From: Trichodelitschia bisporula
Taxonomy: Eukaryota
Length of the DNA: 64,000 nt
Assembly: GCA_010356995.1 (NCBI GenBank)
Contig: ML996693.1
Span: 248,001-312,000 of the forward strand
Reading direction: 5' to 3'
Both the position numbers and the translations under genes were made by a program. Shown in pieces: positions 12,043 to 25,935 of the stretch (its first letter is position 1; each line of letters starts with the position of its first letter). The notes under the pieces were generated by a model that ran no database searches, was not told where the DNA came from, and saw only the letters and a list, made by a program, of their open reading frames with translations.

Positions 12043-12363
12043 GCTGATATATGTGTACTTGAGCTCAGAGTTCGCAGCAAAGAATGAGATCATGCACCCT
12101 ACCCCGCACGTGATGTCTAACTACCCCACCAAAATTTAGCTTGAGGTTGCGGGCCCCGCATCCCGAAACGGAAATCGGTGCGGAAAATGGCATGGAGCAA
12201 AATCCTGTATTGAGTACGCATAGTGCAGGCTATCATTAGCGACCCAGAGAGCATATGTATTCCATTTCCCCATTACTGACAATCGAGTAATCCGTACGCC
12301 ATAGCTAGAACTAGTCAACCCAGAGAAACGCTAGCGAAGACAATTGCACTTATCAGCCTCCAC

Positions 12364-13855
12364 TTAGCGCTTGATACGGGTAGACCTTCGCTGCCTCAAG
12401 TTCGCCGCCGGCTCCTCCTGCTTTGGTTTTTTGGTTGCTTTAGCTCGCGGTTCTTTAACTGCAGCCCCCTTCCGCTTCTTCGAATCGCCGTTTGATGTCG
12501 CCGCTGGCTTGCTCGCCTTCTGTGTGCGTACGAGTGTAGCTTTCTTCGGCTTTTCTTCCTCGGATTCCTCTTCGGATTCCTCCTCTGGCTCATCTTCGGA
12601 CTCCTCTTCGGACTCTTCATCGCTTGCGATGTCCTTACGCTTCTTCCCCTTGCTTTTAGGGACAGCCTTCGCCTTTTGGGGCGCCGGCTTCTTTGCCTGT
12701 TTTCCACGTGCCTTGGGCTTCTCATCCTCATCGTCATCGAGATCTTTCTTTTTGGGCGCTGGCTGCTTTGCCTGCTTTCCACGTGCCTTGGGCTTCTCAT
12801 CCTCCTCATCCTCCTTCTTGACGTCACTAGCAACAGCGCCGGTCTTTTTCTGTACGCTCAGGACTACCGCACTTGTCCGCCCGCCCACTTTCAAAAAAGT
12901 GATCTTCTCGCCGGTAGGAAGGGTGTTAGCATTCGTCTTGCCTTTGCTCCATCGGTAGTGCATTAACCCTTGATGTTTAGTAAAAGAGCCCGAAAAGGGG
13001 GATGTTCTTACAGCTCTTCGGGAACTGCGAGGAGTCTGCCAATGTCTCACAGGCCACCTGGCACACCTCGAAAAGAGCATCGTGCAACCGACCGATTTGC
13101 TCATCGTCAAAGGTGTTGCTGTACTGTTCGGGATGTATCTTGGCTTGATAGAGAACCTCGTCCCTTGATACACGTCAGCTTTGTCGACCGCCATTGTAGA
13201 TGATTGCCTTACCCGACCCAGTTCCCGACGCCACTGATATTGGCTTGGTCGAGGAGCAGTGCCTTGATGGGCACCTTCTTACTGTTGAGCTTCGTCTTCA
13301 GCCACTCGCGTGTAAGAATGTCTTTGTCGACGATGGGGTCTGGTCCGTTCTCCTTGAGCGGCGTCGTCTGCCTCATCTTGTCGGCATCGACATTGACGAG
13401 TCTCACTCTTCCCAACCTCCTCGGATCCACAAACGCGACCTGACAATCCGGGCTGCCCTCTATTTCCAGGATGAATTTCATGAACTTCGGCGGCCAGACC
13501 TTCTCCTCTTCCTTAACGGGGCGATAGTATGCCGTGTCGTCATTGGAGAATTTGATCCACCCCGTCATCCCGAGATGCATAAGCGGGTGCGGTGGTGAGT
13601 CCATCACCATCCAGAAGTATTTGCCTTGCTGGCGCACATCGACCACTCGCTTCCCGGTAAGTGCCTCCTGAAACTCTGCCGCCGAAGTGCCGCCCTTGCC
13701 GTAGACGATGGGATCATCTTCGGTTTTTATGGCGTTGATCGTGCGGCCGACTGTGTGCTTCTTGAGATAGTGAACCACGCGCGCGACCTCTCCGATCTGC
13801 GAAGGGTGAATTAGCGTTTAGGATAATAGAGCGTATTTCTCCGTACCTCGGGCAT
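12364..13855 (-). CDS. Formamidopyrimidine-DNA glycosylase (Fpg/MutM, plant-fungal type) with a long charged tail
   Basis: N-terminal MPE with the catalytic Pro-Glu, followed by RQQGKYFW, HLGMTG and FVDPRRLGR. H2TH motif IKALLLDQANISGVGNWVGDEVLYQAKIHP; C-terminal KVGGRTS without a Cys4 zinc finger; three introns. Confidence 0.93.
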
Positions 13856-16349
13856 CTTGCCGGTTTGATGTTGCAGTGTTTAACTGAAGGAGTTGGCGTC
13901 TCGAGGGGCTGTGAGGGTCAAGCTTGACTGTGTTGAAAGGGCCAGCCGTCCAGGCGGCCGCGCCTCATCGCGGCGCTCTCCGCACTGGGTTCGCGTCGCA
14001 CAAACACGAGGGGTCACGTAATCATGTGGCGCCAAGGACGTCAGGCCATCCCTCTTCCCGACGGACGAAGCTGGCGAAAGCACATTTTAGTTCGAACACA
14101 TGGTCTTTTCTTTGGCATCTTCGCCCGCATCGAATTGAGTTTATGTACGGCTATGGAGAAGAAATTGACGGGAACTAACCACTTGATAGGGGGAAAGAAA
14201 TACCCAGTACATTCTAGCGGTCGAGTTTGTCGGGCTACTTTACTCTTCAGCTGCTGTGCTGGCTTAAACTTTACTTGGAAAACCCATCCCCGGAACATGT
14301 CAGTGGTCCGTGATTGTATGGGGGTGCATTACGATGGCCTGTGTCGCCAAAGGCCGAAGGACAAGCTCAACGCTTGAGTGTTCCCCATGCATCTCCCCAC
14401 CGGCTGTGTACGACGACATCAATATCAGACGCAACTTGGACTCATGGCCACCGCAGACCAAGCTGTTACTAAACGACCACAACCCTTGCAGTATCTGCGT
14501 TGCCGGACCAACTGCGGCAAACGTTGGCGGACTGTGTGAGACCGGCAAGGGACAGTGCTGATATTGCAGTTCATCACTTTCAAGATGAGATACGAGGTAT
14601 ATCGACCAAGAGTAGGTCACCGATCAGCGAAGACAGTCATTTCAGGTAGATGGCTGTTGCGGATCTGGCCCATTGCCTATCAGGCTTTGCACTGAGCATT
14701 CGCTGACCGGTTCGACACTCTGCCTTACATCGAGTCCGCTTGCGGCCTGCAGGAAGTCGGAGCAGCCGAAAGCGTCAGTTGGCTTGCGAAAGAGCCAGCG
14801 GGCCGCTCAGCTTCGTTCGAAGAGCATCTCGGGTGGTACAGACTATGCGACGTTGGGGCCATATGAGTATCACTCGGCTCCGCAAGGTATGGAGGCGATA
14901 AACAAGCGGTAACAAGTCTGAGCGTTCGTGAAATAACGCAAGACGTCGTGTATGCAGGGCGTTGTGGGGAAAGCTTGGCCGAGCCCAATGACTGCTACCC
15001 TGGCCATAGCCGCGAGCCGGGGACCGCACGCGGAGTGCGGGGGCGGGGTAGTCGATCTCCGTCAGCCATTTGGAGTAACTTTTCTGTGTGCTGGAGCCAT
15101 ACAGTGTATCGCGAAGATCTGCTTGTCAGCCCCACATGCATCACCTGAACCGCGTTGCACGGAGACACGACATGCTTGGGGGAAGCTAATCAACCAATGC
15201 CTAAGCATGCAACAGACACTGATGAAGACCCAATGTCGCGCAAGCCAGAATTCGTACAGTAGCTGACTGCCAACTTGGCACTGCGGTGCATCCATCGTGG
15301 CTGTCTTGAAGCATCATCAAGTGGTCTGAGAGATGGAGCAAGCTAAGGAGCCGAAGATATTGATGTCATATTGCTAAAGCCGGCTTCGGGAAATGGAACA
15401 ATTGGTCGACGCGCATGCCGATACATGAAAGAAGGATCTAGCTGTGCTTATTGTGCAGGGGAATTGACCGTACAGCGGAGCTACGTGGTTTTTAGTGCAA
15501 AGGACTAGAGGCACTCGAGGACGCCAACAAGGAACTTTGCCACCTGACCTCATACAGGGTAAGCCGTTGGCATACGGTTTACGTTGTGTGGCCTGGTCGT
15601 TTGAGCTAGGCGGCGGACTGGAGATATCTCCGCGATGATCCCGACGATCTGTCATTCGATGTAAATTCGCGCGTTAGGTGACGGGTCATGGACTTTGTTC
15701 GACTTCGGGTTGTGCGGGGGAAATATCAGGTGGTCCATGCATCTGCTGGGAGGTTACATACTTTGCAATCCCTGGCCCACGAGTTGGGCGCGAACGATCT
15801 GCAAGGCAGGCCGAAAAGCCAAAATGATTTGCCAATCAGACCATGTTTCCACGGCCGGCGAGTTTGGCTTCTCCGAGAGCAAGGCAAATAATGAGATTGT
15901 ACTCCAGCTCTTGTGAACCACAAAGCGCACACAGCCAAATGAAAAAGGCGGTGAATCGACAAAGATTTAACATAATTGACCGCTCCGTGTGATATATGTG
16001 TGTCAATCGCATGTGAAGTCACCAGAAAGCCCAATAATCAAGCGCACCCAACGCCAAACAAAAGCCCACTGCAGCTTCAATTACCCGCGCTGCCTAGCGT
16101 TAAGCGCATTGCAGTAACAGAGGGTTCCGCTCGGCCTAGACCATACGGTACAGGCCTGAAAAAATTAGGCTGGGGGTCAAAAGGCGGCGCTCCTACCTGT
16201 CGCCTTGCATATGCCGCCTTCCAAGTCTCCGCTTGAGCTGGGTATTAGCGACAACTGCGGGAGATTCCCGAAACGGTGCTTTCTGGATGAGGCTGGCTGG
16301 GTGCGGCCTGAGTACCTGCAGCGGCAAGTCACCTTGTCTGACGTGGGGT

Positions 16350-17539
16350 TCAGGCAGGTGTCAGCTCGGTATTCACCGGAGGGGGTGGTGTTAACCCTTC
16401 AGGCGCTTGGCGGAAGAGAACAATCTCGGACTGCTTAAAGTAGCGACGGGCATCTGCAGGCACCGGAATTAGTCACAGAGGCTCCTAACTGGTCGTATTC
16501 GCCACATGCCGAATAGTAACAGTATGTGACGTGACGTACCCTCGTCGATCAGAACCAAGCTAAGGTAGTACCGTGTTGAGAACCGCTTGTTGACCTCCCG
16601 GAAGGTGGGCGTGAGGTCAAAACCGCCAAGGAATAACCGTATCGGTATCGTCTCCCCTGTTCAAATGAGTATATGACCCGCTTGCTTCAGGGGTAGTTTA
16701 ATACCTCTCGATGGAGAACCATCCATGATCTGTGATCGGTCAATATCAGGAATTCGCCACAAGGATTGGGAACATACCTCGAAGCGAACCAGCGTCTCGC
16801 TCTCGTTGTACTGGTTAGGGGGCGCTCCTGTGGTCTCTCGCCGGATGATGGACAGCTCCATGTGCTTTATTTTCAAGCGCACTAGGAGGAAGTAGATACG
16901 CCCCACTATGACATCCTTGAGATGATATTTTGACTTGGAATACTCAAATTCGATGTGCAGGCAGTCCTCGATACCGACATCCATCTTGATGGAACTGTTG
17001 GTCTCTGGGGGAATCCGGTAGCTGTAGACCCAAATGTCTTTCTCGCGGACGACGTCCGCCATACGCCGAGAGACCGTAACCCGCAGGAAGTACCGTAGGC
17101 GGACATTGATGCCATTGTAAGCTTCGTACTGCTTCTCCACGTTCTTGAAGTTGAACTCGAATGTCTGAGGGTGTTGAAGCTCACCGGGGGCGGCGAGTTC
17201 CTGACCAAGAGAGAGGAATTCGTAGTGATTGCCGCGCTCAAAGTACATTTCTATCATCGGCGAGCCGAATTAGCCTGCTGTGCATGCGCCGGCGCAGACA
17301 GCGAGTTCCGGCTAGAGCTTACCGATAGTGCCGATGAACTGGACTTTGATTCCAGTGTGCTCTAGCCGCTTGCCATCCTTTGGACGCACAGTAATGGCGC
17401 CTTTGACCGACTCTCCATCCATGTACAAGGGAACCTTCTCTCTTCGGTTTTTGTCCTGCTTCACGTCCACCATAGGTCTATCGTCGCCATCCTCCAGCAC
17501 GATGTCGATGTCGACCGGGGTCGAAAAGAAGTAAGACAT
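16350..17539 (-). CDS. VPS26: Retromer subunit Vps26
   Basis: MSYFFSTPVDIDIVLED...RLEHTGIKVQFIG...IKMDVGIEDCLHIEFEYSKSKYHLKDVIVGRIYFLLVR...RRYFKQSEI; four canonical introns. Confidence 0.97.
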
Positions 17540-20426
17540 GGTGATCGAGTGGTGCGCTCGTGCAGGCCGAGCGCTTTCGGTGATGGAGAAAGAGAGGTGA
17601 GTGCGATGCGATCGGTTGGTCAACGAGTTGGTTCACGCTTCGCGCTGCGCTTGACCTCCAGGAGCTCTGAGGTGAGCTGCCGCCGAGTTGCCAAGCATTG
17701 TCGTTGCCTTAAAAACATGACGCAGTCGGCCCGTGCTGTTCCCGATGTCTCATTCGCCGGCGGGGACGACGGAGACGACATAGGACCATAATCGCGGCAT
17801 TTCTTCACCAACCTTGTCGGAGAGTAGTCGAAATCCATACTCCGAATTATTCATCCTCAGCTGCAAGCATGCCCCATCGCGTTCGGGGCGGAGTTTCCGC
17901 GCGCACTTGTACCCAGGCTGGGCTCAATCGCTGCATATCCGTAATGAGCAATGCATCATGTGCCCGAGTCACACTTCATCCCACCGCCATCCCAACTCAA
18001 CGAACGCACGAACCTTTACATTGCATGCCTTGAGCTTGAGCCGAACTCCGTGCCGTAATCCTGCGTCGGTATCGAGTATGGAACAGGCGCTGGCGGGCTT
18101 TGGAAAGCTAGCCACCAACGAGCCATCAATATGCTAACGATATGGCTGCTTCACCTCATCGCCGCCTCATCTATGCTCAGCGCAGAGGCTCACTTCTTTC
18201 TAGTTTGAGACAATTGCTCATGATATCATCCGGTTTATCCAGGATGTAGAGATAAAGCCGAGGAGCATCGCACGCCCTACGAGGCACTTTCCCCCGTAAC
18301 CCTGAAGCTGACGGCAGGACCCACACCTGTTCTGCACCTGCAGTGGGGATAACGGTACTCTAAACTTCCAGGGCCCCACGTCGACATGTGCCGCCAACTC
18401 AACGACACTCAACCTGCGTGGCCTTCGCCTGGAGTTACCGTTAACAGTTTCTTGCATTCCGACATCGCCGCATCAAGGCGGAAGAAGGCAGGCTGTGGTC
18501 TCGTCGGATTTGCCTCACTGTTGGCTAGTGACGAATGACGGCCTCAAAGCAGCGTCAGCATCCAGCATCATTTGCAAAGCACAGCGATGGAGTTCAGGGG
18601 GACCCTACGATTGCTTACACTCTATCCTATGCCCGGAGGTCATCTGCGCAAAGCGGCGCGGTAGATTTGTTTGGCTGCACGAAGAAGGCCATGTCGAATC
18701 ACATCTGCAGAATGCCCAGCGCTCCCATCATCAGCCATGCCAACTAACCCAAGAAGAATTGCGGGGAACACACGAACGGTAGCGGCGCACGGCGGCAGAT
18801 GGGCGGGAGAGCCACGATAGGGACAGGGAGCGACAGGTACCTGCGAGTCCCGGCTAACGGGAGACAGGCTGGCTGGAACCGCCATATTCGGCTCCATGCA
18901 GCCAGGCCACGCCATCGTCCTGCGAGGCTTTGCTGCATGTATGTACGTACACTATTTTTTCGAGCTGCAGACCGCCAGTACACAAGGGAAGAAGCTGTTT
19001 CTGAGGCGTGGGGTGTCAAGGTTTCAACTACTTCTCGAAAGCCGATGGGCCTTGCCCGGAGTAGGAATCGAGATACAGGCTGAAGGAGAAGTGAAGTTAG
19101 AGGAGGCACGTCGTGGCTGACCGTTGGCGGTGGAACACGGGCCCTTTTCTTGGCCCCGCTCACATTACCTTTGCATTTCCGTCATCGCTCTCTTCTCTCT
19201 GTCTCTCTCTGTCTCGTCTCTCTCATCTCTCGCATCCCTCACGTGCGCTGTGCGCAGCACATCGACTTCGGGCTCAGCCCAACAAACCCCCACGCTCCGA
19301 TCGGGCAAGGATGACAAGTGCTGTGGAACCTGACAAGGAATAGGATAGGACCAGTGGATAGGACCGAAAAACCCTTCATCGGCAACCGTCACTCCCCCTC
19401 TCATTCCGCCCCCCCGCCGTCACCCCCGGTATGTCGTAGGTAAACTTGGACCCAAAACCCCCATATCCCACTTCCTCCAGCAAGTGACAAGTCGGCATTT
19501 TACTTCCTCCCCCACTCCCCGCCCCTTCCAGTCTCCACCCCCAATTCACTCCAAGCCAGCCATTTTCAGTTCCCGCTCAGTCCCCGCTCTCCCGCTAGAC
19601 CCCACTCCCTCTTCTCAGGCATTTCCATCCCCCTCGTCTCCGCCCCAACATCACCAATCACCAAGCCATTGGATCACCGAAGGGCTGTACGGCGCGCATG
19701 CTGCGAGTGCTCTCGAATGCGTACTGCCCGCTCACTCCAAGAACCAGCTTCCCCCTAGTTCGCTACATGCGAGTATTAGCCGCAGGTCTGCATTTAACCT
19801 ACCAATCCATTGCACCTAACCCAATAGCTCAATGGCACGACGCCACCGCCGAGCTCGCAAACCTTCTGCTTCTGGAACACCCGTGCTCGTCTCCGCAGTT
19901 ATGCGCCGCGTGCTTGCGGCGTGCGCGGGTGAGAGACATGTGGGCTAGCTGGTTGTTGCCAGTTTAAGCCTCCCGATTGCCTGCTTCTGAACCGGGGGCT
20001 CCGCTCGGCCCTAGCGTGACATCAGTGTGCCTGACCGCCCGATTTTGGTATGCTAATTGTTGCTTTTCCGCCTTCCGCCATGGCACCGGCCCCTTCGCTC
20101 GCGTGGGTTGCGCTTCTGTGGCGGGAAATCATTGCGTGGTGGAAAAGGAGATTTTTCCCGTGCTATGACACACTCGTTTGAACTTGACCTCATCTCGTGG
20201 GGCCTTTATAAGATGGCTGTACAGCCCGCCTTTTCGATGGTTCGTCATTCGACACATCGTGAACTTTGTCCAGAACCCTCAGCCTTCACCTGTCTTGGTC
20301 ATTTTATGTTCCTGTCATAGGGCTGAGACTCCATCTGACTCTGCCTCCGTTTGTCTTTGTTGACTCTTCACCCCGCTTCGCTCCTTTCACCATCACTCAG
20401 TCAATCGTCACTCGCAATTGCCTATC

Positions 20427-21138
20427 ATGTTGAGCTACGGGCAAACACCGGCCTCTCTTTATGGCGCGCGCACCTCCATCCCCACATCCTCAAGCAGGTC
20501 GACGATGAAGCCAACGAGGACTCCCACGATGCCCTCCCACAGACACCTCTTCATCATTACCGGGCCTGCGGGGTGTGGAAAGAGCACTGTAGCAAAGTTT
20601 ATCGCCAATCAGTTTCAATATCCCTTCATTGAGGGCGATGATGTAGGCTTAACCATGGAGTTCGCCAAATTGATACTAATCTGTCTTGCAGTTTCATTCT
20701 CCCACGAACAGAAAAAAGATGTCGGAGGGCCATCCCTTAACGGATTCTGACCGGTGGGAGTGGCTCCACAAGTTGCGTGACGAAGCCGAAAAGGCTCTTG
20801 TGTCCGGGGCCTCCGGGGCCGTCTTGACGTGCAGTGCGCTCAAGCGCGCGTACCGCGACATCATCCGCGAGGTCAGCGAAAACGACCAAAACGTCCTCGT
20901 GCACTTTATCTACTTGAGGGCAACGCAAGATTTGCTGCTTCAACGCGTAGAGCAGCGTGAAGGCCACTACATGAAGGCCCATATGGTCAAGAGCCAGTTC
21001 GATATTCTCGAAGAGCCCGATGCTACCGAGCCGGACGTTTTGGCCGTCGATGTTCACGGCAGCAGGAACGATGTCCTGAGGCTAGCTGCCGAAGCGGTTA
21101 TGAGTGCCATCAAGCAAGATACTGAGCCGCGGTCTTAG
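20427..21138 (+). CDS. Gluconokinase (GntK/IdnK family)
   Basis: P-loop ITGPAGCGKST; FIEGDD-FHSPTNRKKMSEGHPLTDSDRWEWL; LTCSALKRAYRD; HYMKAHMVKSQFDILEEP. Intron 20644-20691. The start could be the ATG at 20427 or a later one. Confidence 0.92.
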
Positions 21139-21766
21139 TGCTTGAGTTCTGGGTTTGCTTTTTAGCCGTTCAGCATGGTATTGGGCGATGGCAGCGGGGG
21201 TTGAAATCGACTTCTTCGGTCGGCGCATGAGGCGTCAAACACGGGTATTTGGGAAAAGGGATACCTTATTGCTAAAATGGGGATATGGCGCTTGAGGTGA
21301 TGCTCGGGTTGTACGCATCTACGGCTTCGGTTATTGCAGACTCTGTACGCTTCGTCGACTCGGTGCAGCTTGAGGCGCTTCTTGCCACAGGACATCGGGA
21401 TGCCATGAGATCCGCAGTCATGGACTCGGGAAAAAGCACAAATAGATGGAAGCCCAGATGACAAACCAACATGGGATTGCAAAATCGTGCTTAGGAACAT
21501 GGACATCTTCTTATTGCTGTGAACTCGTCGTTAGGGTATCAGGTGCAGTTGCCCAGCAGAGCCGTGGTTCTGGGTCATGTACCGGTTTTGGGATCTAGCG
21601 CCCAAGCCACCCCCCCATGCTCCCCGCTTACCATCGGCTCAAGAGAATCTGGGGAAACGCGGCAAAGCCGTTCCTGGATATTTAGCGTTGCTGATGCCGT
21701 CTCCGCCTGCCACAATGATTTTCTTCCACCTCGACTCCCTGGAGACCTTTCGAACATTGCGCAGTC

Positions 21767-23372
21767 ATGTCTTCTCATGGCGTTCGCAGTGTATACCACT
21801 CTCTAGTTTGCGCATCACATCCCGCTCAGCATGTCTCGCGGCGCTTCAGAAGCTTCTCCATCCCTCGTAAACAAACACCGCGTTCATTCCACAGCGCTGC
21901 ACGACTCGCCGTTGTGAAGCCGTACTTGCTCGCAGATATTGGAGAAGGTTAGTAGCTGCTTTACAACAGCATCTTGACGAACTGAACCTGACAAAGACAG
22001 GAATAACGGAATGCCAGATCATCCAGTGGTTCGTCCAGCCCGGCGCACGAGTGTCACAATTCGACAAGATATGCGAGGTGCAGTCAGACAAGGCGGCAGT
22101 GGAGGTAGGAGTGACCAACTGTCAATATAAGACGCGACGAACTGAACTAGGGCAGATAACATCGAGGTTCGATGGCGTCATCAAGAAGCTCTACTACGAG
22201 GCTGACGATATGGCGAAAGTGGGCAAGGTAAGCACGATACCCTCATACCCCGGGTTCCTTATTGATTGGGCCAGTAGCCGCTTGTAGACATCGACATACA
22301 AAATGAGCTTTCCCCAGAAGATGAAGCCCTTACCAAAGTCCCTGAAACTCAAAGGGCAGCTGAGACGGGCGCAGAAGCTTCGGGAAACGCGCAGCCGCAC
22401 CTGCAAACCGGTCCGCAAACAGGACAGATCTCCTTGAGGCCAGAGGACAAAAAGCCGGCGCCTACCGTTCCGTCAGGCAAACACAGAGCGCTTGCTACAC
22501 CAGCAGTACGACACCTCACAAAGCAACTGAACATTGTCATTACCGATGTCCCGGGGACAGGGAAGGATGGGCGCGTTTTGAAAGAGGATGTCCAACGCTT
22601 TGCGCAAACCCAGAACCAGGAGCCAGCTGATACATCACCAGGACAGTCACCAGTCATGCTCGGAGAAGACAGGACCATCCGCCTTACCCCGATCCAATCC
22701 CAAATGTTCAAGGCCATGACAAATTCTCTCTCCATACCTCACTTCCTCTACTCTGACCACATAGACTTCACCAGCCTCAATTCCCTACGTCGAACGATAA
22801 ACCGCGCCTCCCCACCTGCAAAACTTTCAGCACTTCCAATTGTCATGAAGGCCGCATCTCTAGCACTCTCAGCCTTCCCCGCTTTGAACTCTCACCTAGA
22901 CACCACGACCGATGCGGAGAAACCGATCCTCACACAAAAGGCTGCGCACAATATCGGCTTCGCAGTGGATACGCCGCAGGGTCTCTTGGTCCCAGTTGTC
23001 AAAAACGTGCAGACCTTCTCGATACTCGCGCTGGCTACTGAGATACTGCGCCTTAGCAATCTCGCACGGGATGGAAAGCTCACAACGGCGGACTTCAGCG
23101 GAGCGACCTTCACCATCAGCAACATTGGGAGCATTGGAGGCGGCGTTGTCACACCAATTATCGTTGCTCCCCAGGTAGCCATTCTTGGGGTGGGAAAGGT
23201 CAAAGTCGTGCCGGCATTCGCAGAAGATGGATCACTTGTGAAAAGAGAAGATTGCGTATTCAGTTTGAGCGCTGACCACAGAGTCGTGGATGGGGCCATG
23301 GCAGCCAAGTTTTCGGAGGCGTTGAAGAGATATTTGGAGGAACCGGGAGCGATGTTGGTATCCTTGAGATAG
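21767..23372 (+). CDS. Branched-chain alpha-keto acid dehydrogenase E2 (dihydrolipoyl transacylase), mitochondrial
   Basis: Lipoyl domain LADIGEGITECQIIQWFV...EVQSDKAAVEITSRFDG, E3-binding ATPAVRHL...GTGKDGRVLKEDV and catalytic SADHRVVDGA; three introns. Confidence 0.95.
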
Positions 23373-23898
23373 TCCTGTTCTCGTGGGGATAAAGAGCAGT
23401 TCCTCTCTATTTTACTTCATCCAGCATGGTTGGGTTGTATTGAACACGGCTGGGGACGTTTTATACCCATCTCTGGATCATACAAGCGGAAACATCAGGC
23501 GTTCTTATCCGGGATTGGACTTAAGATAGCTTTGTTGCTCAATTTTGAAGTAGATGCATCAACAGGTGTGGTGTTGCGCAAATTTCAATACTGATGGCTC
23601 GCGTGCTCCAGCTGGTGTTTTCAGCGGGGTAAAGCTCAACACCAAGGCGCTTGATCTTCACCCCGCCTTTCACCTCGCCCCACCTCGCCTTGAGTTTGTC
23701 ATAGCTTACGGAGACCACCACTGAAACCTATACATCTCCGCTAAGCTTCGTACTTCATACAAGCGTGAAATTTCATAGCCGGCTCACCTTACTGCACTCC
23801 ACTCGCCTACAGCGACGCGCCAACGGTCACAAAGGTCGTCAACCACAGTTCGAGAACCCTACCTTCCCACTCCGCGCCGAACACCACATCCAACAACC

Positions 23899-24530
23899 AT
23901 GCCTCCAGATCCTTATCCGTCCGGCACCGACGCCCCGAGCACCGACTTCCGCTTCATAGCGCACTACAACTTCCCGCCCTTCTTCACCCTCCAGCCCAAC
24001 CCGCTTACGCGTTCATCGCAGCTCGAGACCTGGTCCACGCACATCCTCTCCTACTGCCGGCACCACCGCATTTTCACACTCACGCTCATCGACGCCCTCT
24101 CCACACCCCTCTTCCACAACACGATCCTGAAGAAAAAGCTCTCGCTCAACGATGCGCGCACAGTGCTCAACTGGATGGCGAGCAAGGAGGGCGGTGAGCG
24201 CATAGAGTGGATAGGCGGCAAGGGTGGCAAGGAGAGCAAGTGCTGGGTGTTTTGGCGCAGGCCCGAGGAATGGGCGGATGCGGTGGGATCGTGGGTCGAG
24301 GCTACGGGACAGAAGGGCGTGGTGTTTACACTCTACGAGCTTGGGCAGGGCGAGGCTACTCGGAGTCAAGGTACGTCTGTACAGATTACGTATGCGTTGA
24401 CCCTGATGGCCTGGCAGAGTTTTATGGCATCGATCGGGAGCTCCTACATAGGTCGCTGCAGATTCTGGTCAAGAAGGGGAAGGCCCAGATATTCGGGCAG
24501 GAAGACCAGTTGGGGATCAAGTTCTTTTAG
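23899..24530 (+). CDS. VPS25: ESCRT-II subunit Vps25
   Basis: HYNFPPFFTLQPN...WRRPEEWAD...GVVFTLYEL...QEFYGID...KKGKAQIFG...GIKFF; intron 24372-24417. Confidence 0.95.
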
Positions 24531-25935
24531 ACGGATTGATTTTGCATCTATCATCCACTGGCCTTGCGTCCCATAACCGATTCAGCTCCGGTTTGATATC
24601 TCGGGAGAGCGTAGACCGAGTAGGTCCCTTGTTTTCTGCAATGTGAGCAGCTCGAACATACGATATCGGGCTGTTGTCGCCTGCAGTGTGGAAAGGTTGA
24701 GCCGAGATGGTCTAGCGAGACGGCACTGAAGCCAAAGGACAAGAAATACGAGGACCAAGCTCCCGTGAATAGAGCCGATTCAATCTTCAGCCTACCACAG
24801 TCGTCGCGATGCGCCCCGGTCGCAGAGTTGTCAAGGTTGTCAGCATCAAGTCCCTGCTTCGGGATTGCCTAGATGCATATGCGGGGCTAACTGGGGGAAA
24901 GCGCGTATCCCCCCGCGGTCTGACATCGTCCCACGAGCAGTGTGGGGGTTAGGGGACGGTGAGATTTCGGGTTGATATAATCTTGATGGAGCTTTCAGTA
25001 GATCGTCCGTCCCAGGTGCAGTATAATTCTCAAAGAGCAATGGAGTCTTCTACATACACTTACCAGCCCAGCAAAAGATAGCCCTCAGAAGAAGCTTTTT
25101 ATCAAGCATCCCTAGGCCTTACGCGGGTGATTGGACAAAGCTTGTTGCATCACCTGACGAAGTCTTCGAGTTCTCATTGGGGGCCCGGTGCTGCTGCTAA
25201 GCCTAATTACGAGGCTAGTGACGTCGGAGTGGCGCCTCTCCACTCAAAAGGCGAATCGGCGTTATGGTGAAAGCGGGATGCGATTCTGATCGGGCCGCTA
25301 ATTTATCGTCTAATCGAGTAATTTGTCGTTTGCTTCGGCTACGGTACGTACCATCATCACCACCGGAACGTCGTAAGGTGAGAATTCAACGGTCAAGTCC
25401 GACTGGGCAGATCTCACATCATTGTCGAGACGCATGTTCGGAGTTTGGTTCTATGACGACGAATGCTCATTCGACCCGGTGTTTGGTTCCCTACTACGTA
25501 CTCCGTACATCGACATCGACACAATGTCCGACATCCCGGAGAGTCGCACAGGGCTGCAGCCCGACCCTCCCGCATGGACATGGGCAATTGCGTGCGACTT
25601 TGACTCGCTAGCGACATCATCCTTTCACCAACCACTTCTTTTGATCCCCTTCTGTGGCTGTACGGTTCGTAACTATCCCAAGAACCATCCTGCAGGTCAA
25701 CACCAGCCATCCTAGCGGCCCCGCATATGCTCGACACCGGGGTGCCGTCACTTCAGGTCGACGTACCCTTCCACGTGCAGAGATTGCACCTCTTCCCTTT
25801 AAAGGCCTCTCTTATCCCTAGCTATCACTTCTGACCCCATTTACGACAACTTCTCCATCCCTCCCGTCGCGATATCGAGCGGATCCCCTCGAATCGCGCC
25901 TTCTCCACATACCAGATCAGCCTGCCCAGTGGCCG

